Source: Lachnospiraceae bacterium 46-15
GTDB lineage: Bacteria > Bacillota > Clostridia > Lachnospirales > Lachnospiraceae
Reading direction: 5' to 3'
Assembly (NCBI GenBank): GCA_041223665.1
Contig: JBCLQO010000006.1
Location: 35,365-67,364 of the forward strand
Length of the DNA stretch: 32,000 nucleotides
This document shows, piece after piece, positions 16,141 through 24,478 of the stretch (positions are counted from its first letter, which is position 1; the number at the start of each line of letters is the position of its first letter). Both the position numbers and the translations under genes were made by a program. The notes beneath the pieces were generated by a model that worked only from the letters and a program-made list of their open reading frames with translations, was not told the DNA's origin and searched no databases.

Positions 16141-16602
16141 GTAATTTTCCTCCATTTTCCCGGCCGGTCCACGCAGCCCACTGTCCCGGGTGGACAGTGC
16201 CTGAAATGCTGTGCGCTCCCTGCGCCTTCATAAATATTGTCCCTAATTGAGATACCTTCTATCTGACAGCCCTAAAACAAGCTGGCTTTTTTCCGGTATC
16301 CAGCCGCATAAAATACGGCCTTTCCGTACTTACGACGGTACGCATAAGTCCGGTATTTGAGCAATATATTTCGTGTAATGCAACAGCAGCAAAATGGAAA
16401 AGGAAGCTTTGTAGGCTTCTTGGCATTTTTCTCCGTTGCCACTCTACTATATATTGTCATCAGTATGACAACACCGCCTGGCGCGTCACACTGCAGCCGC
16501 TTTAAATCTTGCAAACATAAACCTGGAAGTTCGATTCGCCCTGCTCACCGAACAGCTTTTCCACGAAACACACGCACTCTGCGCCTATTCCGTATCCAAT
16601 GC

Positions 16603-16716
16603 TTATCCCTGGCGCTGTTTGTGCTTCGGGTTTTCACAGATTACTCTGATGCTGCCCTTTCTCTTGATGATTTTGCATTTTTCGCAAATAGGTTTCACTG
16701 ATGATCTAACCTTCAT
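16603..16716 (-). CDS. rpmJ: 50S ribosomal protein L36
   Basis: [37 protein letters not shown], 37 aa. This is the internal start of track ORF 16603..16824, with AAAGGAGG upstream. Confidence 0.93.
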   Translation of the reverse strand: MKVRSSVKPICEKCKIIKRKGSIRVICENPKHKQRQG

Positions 16717-16803
16717 GGTTATGCCTCCTTTCACCATTATTGCCGCTTGTATGCAAGCATAAAAGGACACAAAAATAGCGTCCTGACACAAAGTTCGTTT
16801 ACC

Positions 16804-16832
16804 AGTATACCACTTGCTTTTCACGAATGCAA
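16804..16832 (-). promoter_or_regulatory. Promoter candidate for rpmJ and the alpha operon
   Basis: Minus strand reads TTGCAT (16832-16827), a 17-nt spacer, then TATACT (16809-16804). Confidence 0.55.
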
Positions 16833-16854
16833 GTACTAATTTTGAAAAATTTGC

Positions 16855-16890
16855 CTAAAAAAGCAGGTTCCCGAAGGAGCCTGCTTTTTC
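16855..16890 (-). terminator. Rho-independent terminator after the PFK gene; A/T tracts on both sides make it potentially bidirectional
   Basis: Minus strand reads AGCAGGCTCC-TTCG-GGAACCTGCT followed by TTTTTTAGG. Confidence 0.7.
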
Positions 16891-16905
16891 TGCCATAACC
16901 TGCTA

Positions 16906-18138
16906 TTATTTTTTCAGAACCAGATGTCTCGGCGTACCATTTACCATCATCGGTGTCAACTCGCCAAGAATCAGAGGACGCGCATAGTTTACGTAATCCT
17001 CACTCACATCTGTACCGTCATTGATAATCCACTCAGCCGGAACCGGACGCTCTACGTTTGCAATTGCGTGAATGTCATAGATGCTGTAACCTACCTGATA
17101 CGGATTGCGCTCTTTTACGTCAATCGTAATCATCATGCCTGTCTTGCCTTCTTCTGCGGCCTGTCCAGCCAGATAGCCTACGCTGAACGCTTCATTAATA
17201 TCCTGAAGGGAAGCGATATGTGTAGCCGCCCTCTGCAGGGTAGAAAACTCTACGGCACGTGTCTTAAGTCCTGTGGCGCCTGCCACAATATTTGCCAGGG
17301 CTGCTGCACAGCCGGAAAGCTGTTTATGTCCAAATGCGTCCACAAAATCAGAAGCATTTCCAAGCTCACATGCAAAACGTCCGTCTGCAAGCTTCAGACC
17401 TTCGGAAACTGCAATTACAACAGAACTCTTCTCTGCTGCCAGCTTTTTCACTCTCTCTACGAAATCATCTACATCAAACGTAACTTCCGGCAGATAAATC
17501 ATATCCGGCCCGTCACAGTCCTCTCCTCTGGAAAGCGCTGCTGCTGCTGTCAGCCATCCTGCATGGCGTCCCATAATCTCTACGATAGTAACCGTCGGTT
17601 TCTCAACACCAAAACTCTCGTTGTCGCGGATAATCTCTTTCATAGAAGTTGCGATATATTTTGCTGCGGAACCATAGCCCGGGCAATGATCCGTAATAGG
17701 AAGATCATTATCAATCGTCTTCGGAACACCCATAAACCTCTGTGGTTTGCCCTTCATTGCCGCATAATCTGAGAGCATCTTAATCGTATCCATGGAATCA
17801 TTTCCGCCGATATAGAACAGGCACTCGATATCATATTTCTCTAAAATCTCAAAAATCTTATCGTATACTTCTTCGTTTCCTTCAATCTTCGGCAGTTTGT
17901 AACGGCAGGAGCCAAGGAAAGCTGACGGTGTCCTTTTCAGCAGTTCCACGTCCTTATCATCCTTTACATACTCAGAAATATCAATCAAGTCTTCATTCAG
18001 GAAGCCCTGGATTCCGTGATGCATACCATAGATTTTCTTAACTCCTAATGCCTTTGCCGCACTGAATACGCCTGCAAGACTGGAATTGATAACGGCTGTC
18101 GGTCCTCCTGACTGACCTACTACAATGTTCCCTTTCAT
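16906..18138 (-). CDS. pfp: 6-phosphofructokinase family, probably PPi-dependent (diphosphate--fructose-6-phosphate 1-phosphotransferase)
   Basis: MKGNIVVGQSGGPTAVINSS..., GGNDS (E. coli PfkA has GGDGS) and PKTIDND (E. coli has PGTIDND). By my recollection, Asp at the Gly104-equivalent and Lys at the Gly124-equivalent are the PPi-type signature. Confidence 0.85.
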   Translation of the reverse strand: MKGNIVVGQSGGPTAVINSSLAGVFSAAKALGVKKIYGMHHGIQGFLNEDLIDISEYVKDDKDVELLKRTPSAFLGSCRYKLPKIEGNEEVYDKIFEILEKYDIECLFYIGGNDSMDTIKMLSDYAAMKGKPQRFMGVPKTIDNDLPITDHCPGYGSAAKYIATSMKEIIRDNESFGVEKPTVTIVEIMGRHAGWLTAAAALSRGEDCDGPDMIYLPEVTFDVDDFVERVKKLAAEKSSVVIAVSEGLKLADGRFACELGNASDFVDAFGHKQLSGCAAALANIVAGATGLKTRAVEFSTLQRAATHIASLQDINEAFSVGYLAGQAAEEGKTGMMITIDVKERNPYQVGYSIYDIHAIANVERPVPAEWIINDGTDVSEDYVNYARPLILGELTPMMVNGTPRHLVLKK

Positions 18139-18316
18139 TCGTTCATTCCTCCTAAAATTATATTAGTGTGTTTACCAGGTGCCCCCGTTTATGCCTGCGG
18201 CAGCCCAGGACGCCTATTAAAAAAAGTATAACAGAGAATCCCTCTTACCGCAAGCATCAATCTGGAAAAACCCGGATGAAAGTATTATTCCATGAAATAA
18301 ACCGCCATTCTAATGC

Positions 18317-19240
18317 TCATTGCACAGACAGCAAGTATTCCTGTACAGCAGTCACCGCGTTCGCCCCGTCTGCCACTGCAGTGACAATCTGGCGCAGCGG
18401 TTTCTTTCGGATATCTCCTGCTGCAAATACGCCCTTCACGCTGGAAGCACAGTCCTCGCCTGCTAAAATATATCCATTTTCATCTACTTCTACCTGTTCC
18501 CTGATAATCTGGGAATTTGGAAGTACACCTACTGCCACAAAGACTCCGTCCATATCCAGGCTCCTTTTTTCTCCAGTTTTTAAATTCTCCAGCCGTATGG
18601 ATTCCACATGATCTTCACCACTTATCTCCGTGACAACAGTATCCCATATAATCTCTACATTCCCGCAGGCGAAAAGGCGCTCCTGCAGGCTCTTCGCCGC
18701 CCGAAGCTCATCCCTCCGGTGAACCAGAAATACCTTCTCGCACCCACGCGCCAGGAAAATCGCATCCTCGACAGCCACGTCGCCGCCTCCAACCACTGCC
18801 ACTCTCCGCCCCCGGAAAAAAGCCCCATCACAGGTTGCACAATAAGAAACTCCCATTCCTGTCAGCTCCTTCTCGCCCTTAACCCCCAATTCTCTATGGG
18901 CTGCACCCATTGCCAATATCAATGCTTTCGCCCGATGTTCCCCTGCGGAAGACACTACTTTTTTCACTGTTTCTTCTATTATAATTTTCTCCACTTCCGC
19001 CGTGATAAATTCTGCTCCAAGCTGATCTGCATGTTCCCGGAATTTGACTCCCAGCTCATACCCATTGATTCCCGGAAGTCCTGGATAATTGTCTACCTCG
19101 TAAGTGTTTACCACCTGCCCGCCGCTGATATACTCCTTTTCCAATACTACCGTTGAAAGCTTTGCCCGCTGGGCATAAATGGCGGCCGCCAGCCCCGCTG
19201 GGCCGGAGCCGATAATCAATAAATCATACACCTTCTCCAT
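18317..19240 (-). CDS. trxB: Thioredoxin-disulfide reductase
   Basis: DLLIIGSGPAGLAAAIYA (FAD-binding site), the redox-active CATCDG motif, and a second GGGD.A dinucleotide-binding site. Confidence 0.92.
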   Translation of the reverse strand: MEKVYDLLIIGSGPAGLAAAIYAQRAKLSTVVLEKEYISGGQVVNTYEVDNYPGLPGINGYELGVKFREHADQLGAEFITAEVEKIIIEETVKKVVSSAGEHRAKALILAMGAAHRELGVKGEKELTGMGVSYCATCDGAFFRGRRVAVVGGGDVAVEDAIFLARGCEKVFLVHRRDELRAAKSLQERLFACGNVEIIWDTVVTEISGEDHVESIRLENLKTGEKRSLDMDGVFVAVGVLPNSQIIREQVEVDENGYILAGEDCASSVKGVFAAGDIRKKPLRQIVTAVADGANAVTAVQEYLLSVQ

Positions 19241-19345
19241 ATTCCTTCTCCTTTATTGCTGAGCTTTTCTATTAATATACCATAGTTTGCTTCCCTTCAA
19301 CCATAGTTTTCTCTGGTTTTTCCAAAAAGATTTCCGTGCGTGGGA

Positions 19346-19374
19346 TTGACAAATTACCGTGTATCCCCTATCAT
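19346..19374 (+). promoter_or_regulatory. Promoter candidate for the Fur-family regulator gene
   Basis: TTGACA (19346-19351), a 17-nt spacer, then TATCAT (19369-19374). Confidence 0.55.
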
Positions 19375-19382
19375 ATTCATAG

Positions 19383-19397
19383 TGATAATAATTACTA
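19383..19397. promoter_or_regulatory. Fur/PerR-type 7-1-7 box candidate (possible autoregulation site)
   Basis: TGATAAT-A-ATTACTA lies immediately downstream of the -10 box. The classic 7-1-7 form is TGATAATnATTATCA. The right half matches 5 of 7. Confidence 0.45.
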
Positions 19398-19452
19398 TTT
19401 TTGTAAAAATTATTGAATGCAAAGTATTTTTCAAAAGAAAGGAATTGCATCC

Positions 19453-19842
19453 ATGGCTACTTTAAAATATAGCCGGCAGCGGGAAGCTATCAAAAAATTT
19501 CTGATTTCCAGAATTGACCACCCCACTGCCGACACAATTTACACAAATCTGCGTGAAAAGTTTCCCAATATCAGCCTTGGAACCGTTTACCGGAATCTCT
19601 CCCTGCTGACCGATATGGGAGAAATTATAAAAATCACCACCGGGGATGGTGCAGACCGTTTTGACGGACGCATCTCTCCGCACAACCATTTTATCTGCCG
19701 AAAATGCCATAAAGTCTCAGATTTGGAAATGGAAAGCATTGATTCTATCCTGGATATTGCCGGAAAAAACTTTCCGGGAAAAATTGACAGCCATATCACG
19801 AATTTTTATGGGATTTGTGGGGATTGTATTAAAAAACCATAA
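19453..19842 (+). CDS. perR: Fur-family transcriptional regulator, PerR-like by context
   Basis: MATLKYSRQREAIKKFL...HPTADTIY..L...PNISLGTVYRNL..L. HNHFICRKCHKV and CGDC supply two CxxC pairs. I moved the start to Met13 of the track ORF. The gene sits between trxB and the rubrerythrin gene. Confidence 0.8.
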   Translation: MATLKYSRQREAIKKFLISRIDHPTADTIYTNLREKFPNISLGTVYRNLSLLTDMGEIIKITTGDGADRFDGRISPHNHFICRKCHKVSDLEMESIDSILDIAGKNFPGKIDSHITNFYGICGDCIKKP

Positions 19843-19857
19843 ATTTCCGAAAATCTC

Positions 19858-19886
19858 TTGACGAGCTTTCGAAACTATGGTAAGTT
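19858..19886 (+). promoter_or_regulatory. Promoter candidate for the rubrerythrin gene
   Basis: TTGACG (19858-19863), a 17-nt spacer, then TAAGTT (19881-19886), with TG at the extended -10 position (aTGgTAAGTT). Confidence 0.5.
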
Positions 19887-19909
19887 AAATCAGTAATCAT
19901 TACTGATTT
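19887..19909. promoter_or_regulatory. Perfect 11-1-11 palindrome, probable PerR/Fur-family operator
   Basis: AAATCAGTAAT-C-ATTACTGATTT directly abuts the -10 box of the rubrerythrin promoter. Its core, AGTAAT.ATTACT, resembles the site at 19383-19397. Confidence 0.6.
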
Positions 19910-19962
19910 TAAGTGACGGCGGCCGCCGCACGAAAAAAATATATAAAAAAGGAGATTTTACA

Positions 19963-20505
19963 ATGGCTAAATGGGTATGTAATGTATGTGGTTATGTTGC
20001 AGAAGGAGAAGCAGCACCAGAAGTCTGTCCGGTATGTAAAGCACCTGCTTCTAAATTTACAAAACAGGCTGGCGAAAGAACTTGGGCAGCTGAACACGTA
20101 GTAGGCGTGGCACAGGGCGTACCAGAGGACATTCTGGCCGATTTGAGGGCAAATTTCGAGGGCGAGTGCTCTGAGGTTGGTATGTATCTGGCAATGGCAA
20201 GAGTTGCCCACAGAGAAGGATATCCGGAAATCGGATTATACTGGGAAAAAGCTGCTTACGAAGAGGCAGAGCACGCTGCGAAGTTTGCTGAACTGCTTGG
20301 CGAAGTCGTAACTGACAGCACAAAGAAAAATCTTGAGATGCGTGTGGATGCTGAAAACGGCGCTACCGCAGGCAAGACCGATTTAGCAAAACGTGCAAAA
20401 GCCCTGAACCTGGATGCAATCCATGATACTGTTCATGAGATGGCCAGGGACGAGGCAAGACACGGAAAGGCATTTGAGGGACTTCTTAAAAGATACTTTG
20501 GCTAA
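19963..20505 (+). CDS. rbr: Reverse rubrerythrin: N-terminal rubredoxin-like domain and C-terminal diiron ferritin-like domain
   Basis: WVCNVCGYV...CPVCKAP lies at the N-terminus. ExxH diiron ligand motifs follow ([17 protein letters not shown]). GGAG RBS upstream. Confidence 0.92.
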   Translation: MAKWVCNVCGYVAEGEAAPEVCPVCKAPASKFTKQAGERTWAAEHVVGVAQGVPEDILADLRANFEGECSEVGMYLAMARVAHREGYPEIGLYWEKAAYEEAEHAAKFAELLGEVVTDSTKKNLEMRVDAENGATAGKTDLAKRAKALNLDAIHDTVHEMARDEARHGKAFEGLLKRYFG

Positions 20506-20521
20506 TTGTAAGCCATATAAT

Positions 20522-20572
20522 AAAAAACTGCCAAATAGAAATGCGTACATTTCTATTTGGCAGTTTTATTTT
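20522..20572. terminator. Bidirectional rho-independent terminator between the convergent rbr and rsmA genes
   Basis: AAAAAA, then a perfect 16-bp stem CTGCCAAATAGAAATG-CGTA-CATTTCTATTTGGCAG, then TTTTATTTT. Confidence 0.85.
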
Positions 20573-20586
20573 GAACTATTACAAAC

Positions 20587-21450
20587 CTACGCTCCGCAAA
20601 TCTCATCCGCCAGCGCTGCAAACTGCTCCAGTGTAAGCGCCTCTCCCCGCACCCCCGGAGCCAGCCCCAATGCGGCAATAGCTTCTGCAATCTGCTCTTT
20701 TGATGCTGAAATCTCTGGGGAATTGTTCAGTCCATTCTGCAATGTCTTTCTCCGCTGGTTAAAAGAAGCCCGGATAATCCGGAACATCAGCGCTTCATCC
20801 TTCACAGATATCCGCGGTTCCTTATGCCGAATCAAACGTATGACCGCGCTCCCCACATTCGGACGAGGCATAAAACAGTTTGGCGGTACATTCGCCGCCA
20901 GATATGGTTCGGCGTAATACTGGACAGCTAGAGAAAGCGCGCCGTAGTCCTTCGTGCCCGGCAGCGCCTGCATCCGCAGCGCCACTTCCTTCTGCACCAT
21001 CACCGTGATGCTTTCTATTGGTACATGGCTTTCAAACAGCCCCATGATAATCGGCGTTGTAATATAATAAGGAAGATTCGCTACCACCTTTATCGGCCTG
21101 CCTCCGTTCTGCTCCCTGACAAGCTGCCCAATATCCAGCTTTAGTACATCTGCATGAATAACATCCACATTTCCGTATCCCGCCAGTGTCTCCTCCAAAA
21201 TGGGAAGCAATGCCTTATCAATTTCTACGGCCACAACCCTGCCCGCACTTTCTGCCAGGTATTGGGTCATCGTACCGATTCCTGGCCCGATTTCCAACAC
21301 GAAATCTTCTTTCGTAATCTCCGCCGCCGCTATAATTTTATCCAGCACATGGGCGTCTATCAGAAAATTCTGGCCAAATTTTTTCTGGAAAGCAAATTTA
21401 TATTTTTGGATGATTTCTATGGTTTTTCGGGGATTTGATAATTTCTCCAT
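20587..21450 (-). CDS. rsmA: 16S rRNA (adenine1518/1519-N6)-dimethyltransferase
   Basis: ...KKFGQNFLID..V...I.......VLEIGPGIGTMT... I moved the start to Met16 (ATG 21450), which has an AAGAGGTAGG RBS and lies 2 nt after the tatD stop codon. Confidence 0.92.
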   Translation of the reverse strand: MEKLSNPRKTIEIIQKYKFAFQKKFGQNFLIDAHVLDKIIAAAEITKEDFVLEIGPGIGTMTQYLAESAGRVVAVEIDKALLPILEETLAGYGNVDVIHADVLKLDIGQLVREQNGGRPIKVVANLPYYITTPIIMGLFESHVPIESITVMVQKEVALRMQALPGTKDYGALSLAVQYYAEPYLAANVPPNCFMPRPNVGSAVIRLIRHKEPRISVKDEALMFRIIRASFNQRRKTLQNGLNNSPEISASKEQIAEAIAALGLAPGVRGEALTLEQFAALADEICGA

Positions 21451-21452
21451 TC

Positions 21453-22226
21453 CTACCTCTTTCCAATCCTGTACATTTCCACGGCATTTTCCCATGTCAC
21501 ACGCTCTGCTTCTTCCCGTGACACGCCCTTCAAGACGGCAATCGTATCTAACACGTAGGAAAGCAGGGGCGACGCATTCCGCTTTCCCCGGAAAGGCGCC
21601 GGAGCCAGATAAGGGCAGTCTGTCTCTATCAGAATCCTGTCAAGAGGCGCGTATTCCACAACTTCTTTCAGCACCCTGGCATTCTTAAAAGTAACGACTC
21701 CGCCTACCCCCAGGTAATATCCCAGATTCAGATAATCCCTGGCCATCTCCTTCGAACCGGAATAACAGTGAATCACGCCTCCTGTACTTCCCGCATGTTC
21801 CTGTTTGACGATGTCAAAGGTATCCTTTGCTGCTTCCCGGCTGTGGATATTTACCGGAAGACCTACCTCTTTTGCCAGTGTGAGCTGGCGGACAAACCAT
21901 TCCTGCTGCATCTTCCGGGGATTTTTATCCCAGTAATAATCCAGGCCGATTTCCCCTACCGCTACAATTTTTTTCCTGCCGCACAGTGTCCGCATCTCCT
22001 GGAGCACCTCATCATTCAACTGATCCACATGGTCGGGATGGATACCCACTGCTCCATATACAAAAGGATATTTCTCTGCCAGCGCAGCCGTGTCACGGAC
22101 GCCCTGAAAGCTGGCGCCCACATTTACGACAGCGCCTACTCCCGCCTGACACAGCCCGGAAAGCACCTCATCCCTGTCCTCTTCAAATGCCTTATCATCG
22201 TAATGGGCATGGCTGTCAAATATCAT
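21453..22226 (-). CDS. tatD: TatD-family metal-dependent hydrolase/DNase
   Basis: MIFDSHAHYDD..., IGEIGLDYY, NIHSREA, HCYSG, ETDCPYLAP. Confidence 0.9.
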   Translation of the reverse strand: MIFDSHAHYDDKAFEEDRDEVLSGLCQAGVGAVVNVGASFQGVRDTAALAEKYPFVYGAVGIHPDHVDQLNDEVLQEMRTLCGRKKIVAVGEIGLDYYWDKNPRKMQQEWFVRQLTLAKEVGLPVNIHSREAAKDTFDIVKQEHAGSTGGVIHCYSGSKEMARDYLNLGYYLGVGGVVTFKNARVLKEVVEYAPLDRILIETDCPYLAPAPFRGKRNASPLLSYVLDTIAVLKGVSREEAERVTWENAVEMYRIGKR

Positions 22227-22229
22227 ATC

Positions 22230-24179
22230 CTAACACACCTCCGCGCCAGCAGGCATTTCCTTCTCCGGCACCATTAAGGACAGTACGCCGTCCGCATCCT
22301 CAGCACAGAGCAGCATACCTTCCGAAAGCACTCCCGCCAGCTTCGCAGGCTTTAGATTCACAAGTACCAGTACTTTCTTTCCAACCATCTCCTCCGCGCT
22401 GTAGTGGGCTTTGATACCTGATACAATCTGCTTCACCTGGCTTCCTATTTTCACCTGGGAACAGAGCAGCTTCCGGGATTTCTTCACCTCTTCGCAGGCG
22501 ATGATTTCCCCCACCTGGAACTGCAGCTTCTCAAAATCATCAAAAGTAATTTCCGGTTTCGCCTCAATGTCAATCACAGGCTCCTCCGGCTTCTCTTCCT
22601 CCGACTGTCCGTAAAGCTCTTCCACCTTTGCCAGCACTTCATTCAAATCCTGGCGTACAAACAGGATTTCCGGTTTCTCCGTCACTTTGCTGCCGGATAC
22701 ATAATGTCCCCATGTCTCCATATCCTTAAGGCTGCGTTTCTTGGCATTGAGCTGCGCCAGGATTTTCCCGGAAGTCTCCGGCATAAACGCCTCCAGAAGC
22801 GCCGCACCGATAGAAATACCCTCCACCAAGTTGTAGAGAACCGTTGACAAACGCTCTTTCTTTGACTCATCCTTCGCCAGCACCCAGGGCATCGTCTCAT
22901 CAATATATTTATTGCAGCGTTTAAACAATGCAAAAATTTCCGTAATCGCATCCGCCACGCGCAGTCCATCCATCTTTTCCGTCACTTTCTTCGGCACTTC
23001 GAGAGCAAGCGCTTTCAACTCTTCATCCACGGATTCTGCAGCCCCTTTGTCAGCAACGACACCGCCAAAATATTTATTTGACATAGAAATCGTACGGTTT
23101 ACCAGATTCCCGAGCGTATTTGCCAAATCAGAATTCAGGCGCTCTACCATCAGCTCCCAGGAAATCACGCCGTCATTTTCAAAAGGCATCTCATGAAGGA
23201 CAAAATACCTCACTGCATCCACACCGAAAAATTCTGCCAAATCATCTGCATACAGCACATTCCCCTTCGACTTGCTCATCTTGCCGTCCCCCTGCAGCAG
23301 CCATGGGTGCCCAAACACCTGCTTCGGCAGCGGCAAATCCAGCGCCATTAGAAAAATCGGCCAGTAAATCGTGTGGAACCGGATAATATCTTTTCCAATC
23401 AGGTGCAGTTCTGCCGGCCAGTTCTTTTTAAACTGCTCGGTACTCTCTCCCTCGCAGTCATAACCAATTCCCGTAATATAGTTTGTAAGGGCATCCAGCC
23501 ATACATACACCACATGCCTATCATCAAAAGATACAGGAATCCCCCATTTAAATGAAGTCCGCGACACACACAAATCCTGAAGTCCCGGCAGGAGGAAATT
23601 GTTCATCATCTCATTTTTCCGGGATACTGGCTGGATAAACTCAGGATGTGCATTGATGTGCTCAATCAGTCTGTCGGCATATTTGCTCATTTTGAAGAAA
23701 TATGCCTCCTCCTTTGCAGGCTGTACCTCACGGCCGCAGTCCGGGCATTTCCCGTCCACAAGCTGCGACTCTGTGAAAAAGGACTCACACGGAGTACAGT
23801 ACATGCCTTCATAATGTCCTTTATAGATATCTCCCTGCTCATACAGTTTCTTAAAAATCTTCTGTACCTGCTTTTCATGGTCAGCATCCGTTGTGCGGAT
23901 GAACTTATCATAAGAGGTGTTCATCAAATCCCAAATTCTCTTAATCTCAGACGCCACATTATCCACAAACTCTTTCGGAGTAATTCCTGCTTCCCCAGCC
24001 TTCAACTCTATCTTCTGTCCATGTTCATCCGTCCCTGTCTGGAAAAATACATCATAGCCCTGCTGCCGTTTAAACCTTGCGATGCTGTCTGCAAGCACGA
24101 TTTCATAAGTATTTCCAATGTGGGGCTTGCCTGAAGTATAAGCGATTGCCGTAGTCATATAAAACTTTTTCTTTTCCAT
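22230..24179 (-). CDS. metG: Methionine--tRNA ligase with a C-terminal tRNA-binding (Trbp111/EMAP-like) domain
   Basis: MEKKKFYMTTAIAYTSGKPHIGNTYE (HIGH motif), the KMSKSKGN motif, and zinc knuckles CTPC and CPDC. The true start is Met72 of the track ORF (ATG 24179-24177). The upstream 71 codons of that ORF are the T-box leader read through. Confidence 0.95.
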   Translation of the reverse strand: MEKKKFYMTTAIAYTSGKPHIGNTYEIVLADSIARFKRQQGYDVFFQTGTDEHGQKIELKAGEAGITPKEFVDNVASEIKRIWDLMNTSYDKFIRTTDADHEKQVQKIFKKLYEQGDIYKGHYEGMYCTPCESFFTESQLVDGKCPDCGREVQPAKEEAYFFKMSKYADRLIEHINAHPEFIQPVSRKNEMMNNFLLPGLQDLCVSRTSFKWGIPVSFDDRHVVYVWLDALTNYITGIGYDCEGESTEQFKKNWPAELHLIGKDIIRFHTIYWPIFLMALDLPLPKQVFGHPWLLQGDGKMSKSKGNVLYADDLAEFFGVDAVRYFVLHEMPFENDGVISWELMVERLNSDLANTLGNLVNRTISMSNKYFGGVVADKGAAESVDEELKALALEVPKKVTEKMDGLRVADAITEIFALFKRCNKYIDETMPWVLAKDESKKERLSTVLYNLVEGISIGAALLEAFMPETSGKILAQLNAKKRSLKDMETWGHYVSGSKVTEKPEILFVRQDLNEVLAKVEELYGQSEEEKPEEPVIDIEAKPEITFDDFEKLQFQVGEIIACEEVKKSRKLLCSQVKIGSQVKQIVSGIKAHYSAEEMVGKKVLVLVNLKPAKLAGVLSEGMLLCAEDADGVLSLMVPEKEMPAGAEVC

Positions 24180-24189
24180 GTTCCTTCTT

Positions 24190-24470
24190 CCTTTCATTAA
24201 AAAAGCCCTCCCAATATCATATTGAGAAGGCGAGTTTTCCCGCGTTACCACTTCACTTTGTCCATTCCTCACAGAATGAACCTCTGCAAGTGCGAATTTC
24301 ACACTCTTCCGCTGTAACAGGCGGTTCCTGTCGCAGCCTTGCCGCACTCCTGTGCAGTTCGGTGCGCCGCTCAGAAGCCATCTTCCATCCATCTTCCTAT
24401 ATCCCTCTCAGCCGCCGGGAATTCTCTGTAATATTCCAAAGGATGTACTCTCTTCGTCTCTGCGTTTTCC
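24190..24470 (-). promoter_or_regulatory. T-box riboswitch leader, Met-specific, with intrinsic terminator
   Basis: On the minus strand, the Stem I base reads GACGAAGAGAGUAC, followed by the CAGAGA...GGCUGAGAG elements. The Specifier-loop 3' side reads GGAUG-GAAG-AUG-G-CUUC, placing AUG at 24381-24379. The T-box sequence is AAGUGGUAACGCGGG (24253-24239). The terminator GCCUUCUCAAUAU-GAU-AUUGGGAGGGC plus UUUUUU lies at 24233-24199. Confidence 0.85.
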
Positions 24471-24478
24471 TTTTCATT

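Noticed and set aside
15327-16250. Plus-strand ORFs (15327..15716, 15635..15868, 15739..16053, 16029..16250) and minus-strand ORF 15989..16231, all overlapping rpsK and rpsM.
   Set aside because: They are antisense or out of frame relative to unmistakable ribosomal protein genes, and have no independent signals.
16272-16514. An 80-aa minus-strand ORF in the rpmJ-rpsM spacer (MQDLKRLQCDAPGG...CCCCITRN...).
   Set aside because: It has no RBS, an implausible composition and no family resemblance. I treat the region as non-coding (see the spacer finding).
16525-16537. GGAAGTTCGATTC on the plus strand looks like a tRNA T-arm (GTTCGAnTC).
   Set aside because: The flanking bases cannot form a T stem (GGAAG against CGCCC) or an acceptor stem, so this is not a tRNA or a tmRNA 3' end.
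16924-17772. A 282-aa plus-strand ORF antisense to the PFK gene.
   Set aside because: It is Cys/Arg-rich shadow translation entirely inside a well-supported CDS.
24180-24392. The 71-codon N-terminal extension of the metG track ORF (MDGRWLLSGAPNCTG...).
   Set aside because: This stretch is the T-box leader, including its terminator. The true start at 24179 has an RBS and gives the canonical MetRS N-terminus.
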